DNA from: Octopus vulgaris
Taxonomy: Eukaryota
DNA: 64,000 bases
NCBI GenBank assembly: GCA_951406725.2
Contig: OX597828.1
Location: 11,408,001 to 11,472,000 of the forward strand
Reading direction: 5' to 3'
The position numbers and the translations under genes are program-made. Positions 53,959 through 64,000 of this stretch are shown here, piece after piece. Below the pieces are notes generated by a model that worked only from the letters and a program-made list of their open reading frames with translations, searched no databases and was not told the DNA's origin. How positions within the stretch are numbered: the stretch's first letter is position 1; every line of letters begins with the position of its first letter.

Positions 53959-55155
53959 TATATGATTGATTGATTCTAGTTTCAGCTCATGAACTGTGGC
54001 CATGCTGGGGCACATGTATATAGGCACAAGTGTGGCAAGAAGTTTGCTTCTCAACTACATGGTTCCTGGTTCAGTCCTAACGTAGAGTACCTTGAGCAAG
54101 TGTCGTTTATAACACTGATCTAGTAGATGAAATTGAAATATTTATATGTATGTATGTATATATTATATATGCATCTATGTGCGTATGTGTGTGTTTTTGC
54201 GCATGTCCCACGTCACCACTTGACAACTAAGTTGATTTGTTTACCTCTGCATAACCAAGCAGTTTGGCAAGACAGATTGAACAAGTAACAGGTTTAGAAA
54301 GAACATAAGAATTTGGGGCAATATATTCCACTAAACTGTTTCAAGCAAGTGTAGCAGTATGGCTACAGCTCAATAACTGAAACAAGTTACATACACATAC
54401 ACACATATTCATGTAATGTAATGTCTAGTACGTTCGAATGTATTTGGATGCAACAAAGCCTTTCACTGCAGAAATATTCCCTGGAGAAAATTCTCCACTT
54501 AGAAATACATTAAGAGATCTTATATTGCGTCCTGAGTGACATTATTGGATTGTAGGTTACATGCATTTCTGTATCATTCTGCTTCATCAGCTACAAAATC
54601 CCAACTCAGATACACAACACCTAATAAACCTAGTAGGAATTTTATAAAAACAGCAAATGAGAATCTATGCAAGTTTAGGTGGAGAACATGAATTCTGGTA
54701 AACTCACCTTCATATCAGAGTTATTTATTTATACACAACACAGCATAAGTCAGAAGAAAGGAAATGAATTTAAACCTTATTAAGACTCATTGTAGATTCA
54801 ATAAAAATGTAAACACATGCTTTCTATGTGACTGAAGTGCATGGACCAAGGGTGAGAGTCTCTTAAAAATTTCCCATGCTTTCTTGACCAAGCCTCAAAA
54901 GAGATATACTCAGCTTCCTTCTCCAATCAATGACACAGATCAGAAATTCATAAAGGGGTCAGGAATTATGCTAGCACTATGATGGAAAGCCCAATTTGCA
55001 TATTTGTAGTTTTAATGGTTTACCATTAATTAAAGAACATCTAATTATGCTTAACACAATGTAAATCAGAAGAACAGAAATAAATGTTAATCTTATACAA
55101 CATCTGCATTCATTAAATTAAATACATTAAAATGTCATGTTTGTATGTGTGTGTG

Positions 55156-55199
<44 letters not shown>

Positions 55200-56746
55200 A
55201 ACACACACACATACGCACATGCAGACTATAGAATTGTAAACAATTCGTGAATTTATTGCCCTCAATACAAATTAGATCTATTGAATGCTCTTTGCACAGA
55301 AATACATCACCAATATTTTTATGAATATTTACTGGAATATCATCCATTCCATAATTTACATTCTGTATCAGGAAGTGTTTGGATGCTGTCATCTGAAAAA
55401 CTTCTACCCAGAAGTGTATTTGCCAGCAGTTGATGACATTTCAAAATAGTTTACCATGCTTTGTATTCTGATTGGTATTAACTACAAGTTTATGAGCATT
55501 CTAGCAAATTTCTATTCAATGATAATCTGTTGAATATCCTCACTTGTCTGTACACACATAGATCTGTATCCATGGTTGTGTGTGTGTGTGTTTGCATATG
55601 CGCAGGTGTATGCATGTAATGGTTAAATTCTGAATGTTGCATGAAAATGTACATAGTTGCAGACAGTAAATTTTGTTGTCAAAACACATATAGAAGAAAA
55701 TTCATTGGCTGTGTAAGGAATTACAACCATGTTTCGTGGTCTGCTACCACAACAGCTCCTTTATAGGATCCAGTTGGCTCAAGACATCATCAGGAGGAAC
55801 CACATCCGGTTTCGGCCCCTACTCCTCAACCGTTTTGACGTGCCCCCCCCCCCCTTTCAGAGGTGTCTTCAGCTCTGGTATTGGGTTCTTTCTTCTGTTC
55901 CCTGGCCTCTTCGATGTATCGTCAGCGAGTGTCAGCCGGTGACTGACTGACTTGTCAAATTTTTCCCTTTAAATACCTGCCGCCAGGCTCCAGCAGGCAG
56001 CCCCAGCAAGTTGTCATGAGACACTGTCTCACCTTAACAAACGGAATGAAAACTCCCTTGCTTGAAAAGCAGATATGGATTAAGGAAAAGTTAAGCATCC
56101 GTCAATAATATGTATTGATCTACCTCATGGTAGCATGAAAAACAAGAGATAAAATGAACAAATAAAAACACATCCACATATATTTATCATTTAATGTACA
56201 CTGTATAAAGATACAAGCTACTTATTAAAAGGACTAGTATGACAAATATACCCACTCTATTAACAAATATATGTGGTTGCCAGTTTATTCTGACTGCTGA
56301 GTTCTTAGATGACTATACACACACATAATTGGCACATTTGATTTTGTGAATAAATGCCTCAGTGACAATCTGGATAAGCTAGGGTTTCCGGGAAATAAAA
56401 TCAAATAACTAATTCATATATTACAAATATAATCTGTAACTGGAAGAGAAAAATATGCAAGACTTTTCTCTTGCTTTTGTTATCTACATTCCAATGACAG
56501 AACTTTTGCATCTTTCTTGGAAACAATGTCAGGTGCATGCTTTTAAGAAATAAGATTAAAAGCAATGAGTAATAGTTACTGAAGCATGAGAGTAGGTACT
56601 ACATATTTTATTGAATGGGTAGGACTTTGAATTTTTGTTGATAATTAATCCTCTATATGGCAAGTAATTGTCTGTGAAACTTCAAAATGACAGTGACCCT
56701 CTATTACTGAGGAATAACAATAATATTTATAATAATAACATACCCG

Positions 56747-57004
56747 TTGTGTGGCAACGTGGGCAAGTGTCTTCTACTGTAGCTTCGGGTCGACCAAAGC
56801 CTTGTGAGTGGTTTGGGTAGATGGAAGCTGAAAGAGGCCTATAGGCACAGGGATGGCTGTGTGGTAAGAAACTTGCTTCCCAACCACATGGTTCCGGGTT
56901 CAGTCCCACTGCATGTGTCTTGGGCAAGTGTCTTCTACTGTAGCCTTTGGCCAACCAGAGCCATATGAGTGGATCTTGTAGACAGAAACTGAAAGAATCT
57001 CATC

Positions 57005-57040
<36 letters not shown>

Positions 57041-57240
57041 TTGTGCATGTCCGTGTCTGTCCCCTAACCATTGTTTGACAACCGATGTTGGTGTGTTTAC
57101 ATCCCTGTAACTTAGCAGTTCAACAAAAGAACTGATAGGTTAAGTACTAGGCTTACAAAGAATAAATCCTGGGGTCAATTTGTTCGACTAAGACGCTTCA
57201 AGGCAGTGCTGCAGCATGGCCACAGTCAAATGGCTGAAAG
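56747..57240 (+). mobile_element. SINE family A preceded by a partial second head
   Basis: Fragment 56747-56840, then full copy 56844-57240. Confidence 0.85.
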
Positions 57241-57294
57241 ATAGTACAAAAAAAAAGAATACAAATATATAATTGAGATATATATATGTATATA

Positions 57295-57595
57295 GTGGAG
57301 GTGCATGGCTCAGTGGTTAAGGTGTTGCACTCATGATTGCGAGATCGTGGTTTCAACTCCCAGACCAGGCATTGTGTTGTGTTCTTGAGCAAATCACTTC
57401 ATTCCACATTGCTCTGCAATCATTTCATCATCTGACATATGGTGCCCCTTGCAACTGTACAAGTAATGTCTATTTGATGGAGAGAGGGAACTTATGTGTA
57501 CACAAACATTTGATCACTATAAACAAATCATCTGTGTGATTGTTTGATAAAAACTTGTTGAACCCTTACATGTCATCTAATGACAGGAAAGTCTG
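57295..57595 (+). mobile_element. tRNA-derived SINE (family D head, third 3' body)
   Basis: gtggaggtgcatggctcagtggtta...ttgtgttcttgagcaa. Confidence 0.75.
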
Positions 57596-57609
57596 TTATA
57601 CATATATAT

Positions 57610-57780
57610 ATAAATACAATGTACATTTAAACACGCTATTCCTTCTAGCATGCCAGGTATCCCATGATGGATACCCCTTATGTGTTTAAATGTATACTGT
57701 ATTTATGACTAATTTTTCTACACGCTAGGCCACTGGTAGTAAAAATTTCTAAAATTTTTTGTTACCCTGATATTATAATT
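57610..57780. mobile_element. Small fold-back element in (TA)n
   Basis: Arms 57610-57634 and 57682-57706 inverted; internal hairpin ggtatcc-catgat-ggatacc. Confidence 0.45.
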
Positions 57781-58033
57781 TATATATATATATAAGTACA
57801 TCTTGTGTGTACAGTTAGATTCTATATCACTGTTACTGCTGAATCCAGAATTCCATGTACAGAATCATCATCCAGTCTACTCAGAATATATTAGTGTAGT
57901 TACTAATGTACTTGACTGTATTACTGCATGTGATATATAGAGCAACATCCACAGAGAACAAGTGATATGAACAGCACCTTGTATTTCTCATAATTTCTCG
58001 TGCGTGTGTGTATTTGCACATGGCAAATGCATT

Positions 58034-58413
58034 CTTGTTTCACTCATTTGACTGCAGCCATGCTGGAGCACCGCCTTTAGTCGAGCAAATCAACCCCAAG
58101 ACTTATTCTCTGTAAGCCTAGCACTTATTCTATCGGTCACTTTTGCCGAACTGCTAAGTTACAGGGACGTAAACACACCAGCATCAGTTGTTAAGCAATG
58201 CTGGGGGGACAAACACACACACACACATATATATATATATACATATATACAATGGGCTTCTTTCAGTTTCCGTCTACCAAATCCACTCACAAGGCTTTGG
58301 TTGGCCCGAGGCTATAGTAGAGGACACTTGCCCAAGGCGCTACGCAGTGGGACTGAAACCGGGAACCATGTGGTTGGTAAGCAGGCTACTTACCACACAG
58401 CCACTCCTGCGCC
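58034..58413 (-). mobile_element. SINE family A
   Basis: Colinear with the consensus. Confidence 0.9.
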
Positions 58414-59099
58414 TATACACACACACACACATATATATGCATGTACATGTATACACAAACAAATATACATTTGTTTATATACATATATGAGTGTATCTAA
58501 GAAAAAAAAATTTGCTGAAGAGTCAAACAAGTATAGAGGTGTTTATATTATTCCTCAATCAAAGAAAGAAACAGGACACAGTCAAAGTGAGAAGAGTTTT
58601 ATGAACGTTCAAAATATATAAGAAATAGATAGACATGTACACACAGACATTACCAAATAAAACTATATTATCGCATATCTCATCACACATACATATCTGA
58701 GCAAGGACACATTTTTACGTGCGGTGTGTGTGTGTATTTGCATATGGCTGAGTTGAACACATCCACACACAGGCGATTATATATTATATATGATATATAT
58801 ATATATATACACACACCAATGCCAATACAAACATCAGCAGGTAGACATGCCTAAACACATGCACACAAAGACACACACAGTGTTATTTAGCTGTTCAAAC
58901 ATATTCATGCACAAACATACATACGAAAAAGAAATGATGATGATGATAATAATATATGAAAACACGCATGGCACCAAAAGTGCTTCCAATAACCTTGATG
59001 TCTGGTAAAATAATAAAACCCTTCACATGCTGCAGAGAAAAAGGTGTGAAACACAAAATAAGAAACCATGATTAGCTGGGAGCAATGAATAATGTTAAA

Positions 59100-59181
59100 T
59101 GTGTATATATATATATATATATATATAGACACATATCTATATATACATACATATCTATATATATATATATATATATATATA

Positions 59182-59225
<44 letters not shown>

Positions 59226-59243
59226 CTATATATACATACATAT

Positions 59244-59277
<34 letters not shown>

Positions 59278-59340
59278 TATCTATATATACATACATACAT
59301 ATATATATATATAGACACATATCTATATATACATACATAC

Positions 59341-59387
<47 letters not shown>

Positions 59388-59402
59388 AACACATATCTAT
59401 AT

Positions 59403-59433
<31 letters not shown>

Positions 59434-59590
59434 CATATATATAGACACATATCTATCTATATATATATATATATATAGACATACAAGTAGACACACATAT
59501 ATATATATATATACATATTCATGTACATACATATATAGAAATACAGATACATACACATACATACACATACATACACACACATATATACAC
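59100..59590. repeat. Compound (TA)/(CA) microsatellite with repeated cacatatctatatatacatac unit
   Basis: Direct inspection. Confidence 0.93.
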
Positions 59591-60591
59591 GCAAACATGC
59601 CAGACTCCAATAGAGATTTTATAAGAAACATTTTTATTTTTCTTATTTTGTTTATCGTACTGATATTGCTTTTTTTTTGTTTTTTATGTGTATTTGGTAT
59701 ATCCATGTAGCAACTAACCATACTTTAGCAATACATTCCAAGAACCAGGTTTGGGATTCTCAACAGGAGTATTTTGTTTTTGTTCCCTTCTCTATATCTC
59801 TTCCATTAGCGGTGCCCTGAGGGATAAGCAGAAATCTCACATTTTTTTTTCTCTCGTTCTTGTGAAAAACAAAAAAAAAAACCCACCAAAAAGAAATGAA
59901 ATAAAAACAGAAACCCTTAGTCCTTGTCATAATTTTTATGGGAAACAAGTAAATGAACTAGTGTCGGTCAAACACACATTAGATTGGACATGTTTATTTA
60001 TTACTAAAGGATATCTCTGGAGAAATTTGAACAAAGTGGTAGTAAGACGCAAACTATGAAGAAAATAAAGGATATAAAATATACAAGTAAGGGAACTTGG
60101 CCTGGAAATGTACTCAGAATACATAAAAAAAAGGCACTCAAACCAGTACACAATTTTGTTTATGTACTTATGTATGTTGTATACATGTGTGTGTGTGTGT
60201 GTGTGAACAAACACATATAAATATATGTAATGAACTGTCCAGACCATGACTGTATGGATACATTCCTAAAAGATGTATCATTAAACAAAATGATGCAGTT
60301 CTATACCAGATTATTATAATATTGTATAGAATCATAAGTTTTACAGATTATTTCTATCAGTGTTAAAAACACAAGCAAGTGTGACAGACATCAGCAAATG
60401 ACAGAAGAATCCAGAGAGTCGTTATCACACCTTCTAAGCACTCGATAACTTTAGAAAAGCTCATACCATGTGACCTAAAGTTACGATAGAATCAACAACC
60501 GGGATTAATTAAGATTATAATCATTATAAAATTATAGCACTGGTTAAATTAATCATTTGTAATCACCAGAATACAAGACTACTTGCCGTTA

Positions 60592-60868
60592 TTTCGTTTT
60601 GGGATTTGGTTTGCAAGATTCTTTATATGAGTTCGTGTGTTGAAGCATATTCTGTTGTGTCTGGGGAGAGTCATTTTCTTTTTGTGCCTTATAATATAAC
60701 ACACTCACCGGTAAAATTTCCACTTTTTTCTTATTTTTATTGAAAAGGTTGCAAGACACAACAAAAATTTTAGGAAAATAAAAATAAGAAAAAAGTGGAA
60801 ATTTTACCGGTGAATGTGTTATATTATAAGGCACAAAAAGAAAATGACTTTCCCGAGACACAACAGAG
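60592..60868. mobile_element. Fold-back retroelement with ~12-bp TSD, copy 2
   Basis: Same left end as the 8620 copy but a different inversion point (~60740); TSD tacttgcc(g/a)tta at 60580-60591 and 60869-60880. Confidence 0.75.
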
Positions 60869-62324
60869 TACTTGCCATTAATTTAACCAAATTCAGGCTG
60901 AATGAGGCTGTGGAATGTAGTTAGTCTTCATATACTGGTTGCTTTTTGAAGAATGTATCTGATGTCATCTAGCTTTTTTTGAGTCTACCCACATGAAGCA
61001 ATTGAGTTAAGCAGGGTATCATATCTAGAACATCTCTCATTGTCTTGTTATTCTGCTCTTGATCAGGGTGGTGCCCAGTAAACTTGGGCTATGATTTCCA
61101 TAATCTTGGTGAGACTGTTACTGAGGAATTTGGTCAGAGGAAATTTTTTGTGGTGCTAGAGGTTCTATAGTAAGGTCTTAAACATCAGTCTATCACCTGC
61201 TGTGCTTAATTCATGTAATTCTTCAACATATAAATTCTTACCACAAGACTCTATTACCTTCAGATCTTCCCCCTTCACTATTCAGCTCAACACTGTCATT
61301 AATGACGACATTTTGTAGGTATTGTTTCTTTATCAACACGTTTTGCAATCACTTCTTCCAAACTCTGTTTTCGTAATTCTTAGCTCATCCAAAGATGATT
61401 TCATATTATCTAGCTATGACCATTTTAGAAATGGTAGCTTTTCCAAAAGTATCTGATAGATAGTTATCTTAGCTGACTGTTTCTTCAACATGTTTCAAAG
61501 TGTAAAGAAGATAGCAGGGTTTGGTATTAGAAATTATACCCTTGTCCTTGGGTCTGAGTAAGGTTGTAGGGAATACCAAAGAAACTTTGTTTAAAGATGT
61601 TTTGAATCACTGATTCTATCATGTGATATAAACTGACTAACGGGGAGAGACATCTTCATAATTATTTTGCCCTATTTGTTGATGCCTTTTCTTTTCTATA
61701 ATTTGAAATAGCACCATTATTATTGTTGTCATGATTTTTTTTTTTTTTTGAAGCAAGTTTAAAGACAAATGGTTTGGATATACAAGTCCAGATGCATTAT
61801 GAGCAAACCCTAATGCCAAACCAGAAAATCAAATGGGACAGTTGACAAGAAAAATGACACTTTATTCCACATATATATTACCAGATTTTTAAAGCATTTA
61901 TTCAGAGGGAGAAGGGTAATGCAAATGGTCCTTAATTTTTTTTAGAGCTTTTGATACTCGTGGGAGGAAGCAACAAAGTTATATTAAAACAGTGGCCTCG
62001 ACAGAATGCTTGCACAGGGAACTCTACTAAAGGCACTTTGGGCCAGATGGGACCCTAGAATTGAGAAAGCAAAGAGACATAATGCACTTTGATACTGTAT
62101 CAATCCTGCCAACCCACTGTCCTAGACTGGTACTTTATTTTATGATCCTGAAACCTCAAAATTAAAGTTGACATGAGTAGAAGTCAAACAAAGAGCACAG
62201 ACATCTGGAGCCCATACCACAAGGTATTTTGTGCTGCACTCTAATCATTCTGTCAATTCACTGTTTCAGTGTATATATAAAAGAAGAATATACACAGAAT
62301 CGGAAAGGAAGAAAGTTTTTTTAT

Positions 62325-62672
62325 GGTTTTAAGGCTCAGTTCCACTTTGTGATACATTAGGGAAGTGTCTTCCCTTAGAGCCTCAAGCCAAACAATGCCT
62401 TGTGAGTAAATTGATAGAAGGAAACTGTGTAGAAACCTGCTGTATATAAATGTATAAATGTGTGTGTGTGTGTGTCTCTATGTTTTGTCTCCCAACCACT
62501 TTACATCCAGTGTTGGTTTGTTTATATCCATGTAACTTAGCAGTTGGGCAAAACAACCAACAGAATAAGTACCAGACTTAGAAAGAAAAGTACAGGGGTT
62601 GGATTTGTTTGACTAAACCCTTCACTGCAGTGCTCCAGGATGGCCAAAGCCCAATAGCTGAAACAAGTAAAA
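62325..62672 (+). mobile_element. SINE family A, diverged
   Basis: aagtgtcttc...ccttgtgagt...gtaacttagcagtt...gtgctccag. Confidence 0.75.
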
Positions 62673-63366
62673 AATATAAAAGGGGAAAAAAGTACAACTC
62701 CCCAAAATGCAACAAGGCTACCAAAGAGACGAAGCTACAGGCTGTTTGAAATTTCCTTGTAATCTTGAGCAAATATGTATCATGCTTTATGGGACAAATG
62801 ATTTGGGAAAATACTTGTGTCTTTGATTTTCATATTTACCATTAATATGCATGTCACATTTGTGATAAGAAAATCCTTTGTGCTTAGGATCACACACAAA
62901 AACAAAAAATTGTTTTCTTAAATTAGAAATGTTGCAATTTTCTTTTATCAAATTCTATTGCAAGATTTTAACTAAAATGTGTTTTTTTGTAAATTCTCAA
63001 ATGCATATTAAAGTGGAATAGTTTTAATTAATCTCATGCAGTGTTTAATTGTTACAAAATACAGTTCTTATACTGGTGTGGTTTCAATCTAATGTTAAAA
63101 CGCTACAATGGAATATTCATTGTTATTAAAATTCCATCTTGACTAACACAAGAAATTATGTAAAATATCCTGCAGCACACAAAACTGAACCTGGATCTCA
63201 TAATAACAAACTCAACTAAATAACAATACGGCATAAAACAAGTCTACACACACACACAGAGAAATGCAGAGTTTTATACATCTGTAAATAAACCATTACA
63301 AACAGACAAAAGCACAACTTACACATAAGCACACATACACAAACACATATACACACAATGTGTTTT

Positions 63367-63443
<77 letters not shown>

Positions 63444-64000
63444 GTATGTATATATTTATATGTATGTATGTAATTGATATAAAGTTGGAGAGTAGACCTC
63501 ATTACTGGAAAGAAGAGAAGCCTGATTGAACGAGACCGCCATTTATCCAATGTTGTTTATCAGGGTGCTGTGACATCTTGTCGCATTAATTAGTACCAAT
63601 GAAGATGTGTAATTAGCGTGCAGCTCACTGCAAACTTGCCAATTGTCTCTAATTTCAGAGAAGTAGTTATTTGCAAAATACTCTGCAAACCGGTCAGGTT
63701 TGTAGCCGAGAAGAACACCGAAGCAATCATAAATTGCTCCATCAATGCTACGTAGGAAGAAGTGCTATAGAAGATTAATTACATAATGGCAAAATAATAG
63801 AGCAAAGAAGGCTGGTGATCTATCAGAATTCCACAAACGAAGCACAAGAGATTTCCAAATTCATAAATAAGATTTTGCTCAGAGGTAAACTTTATTTAAG
63901 ACACGCACATACACACAGAATTACACATACACATACGTGCAAGCATATATATGCACATGTGTGAGAGTGTATATGAACACGTAGAGGAAGAGACAGAGAC

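Noticed and set aside
56015-56035. Partial resemblance to a mollusc miRNA 5' end (tgagacagtgt on minus)
   Set aside because: Only ~11 nt and part of a tiny local hairpin, not a pre-miRNA-sized stem.
60900-61850. Possible decayed coding sequence on the minus strand
   Set aside because: Frames I translated contain many stops and no recognisable motif; needs BLASTX.

Overview
Very AT-rich, repeat-dense eukaryotic DNA with no recognisable intact protein-coding gene. The SINE repertoire and microsatellite load resemble an octopus/cephalopod genome (inference). Most of the window is (TA)n/(CA)n/(GATA)n/(AAT)n microsatellite, at least three tRNA-related SINE families plus an (ATG)n-tailed retroposon family in many copies, piggyBac- and hAT-like MITEs, a non-autonomous Helitron and a 5'-inverted RTE LINE relic. 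Nearly all supplied ORFs are by-products of these repeats. The most notable signal is a set of short non-coding elements with Penelope-like (PLE) hallmarks: minimal hammerhead-ribozyme motifs, variable inverted ends and ~12-bp TSDs. One of them (16069-16397) joins a tRNA-like Pol III head to a hammerhead-bearing tail. More tentatively, islands of unique sequence contain many minus-strand splice acceptors followed by short stop-terminated frames, which could be alternative last exons of a large minus-strand gene whose core lies outside the window.
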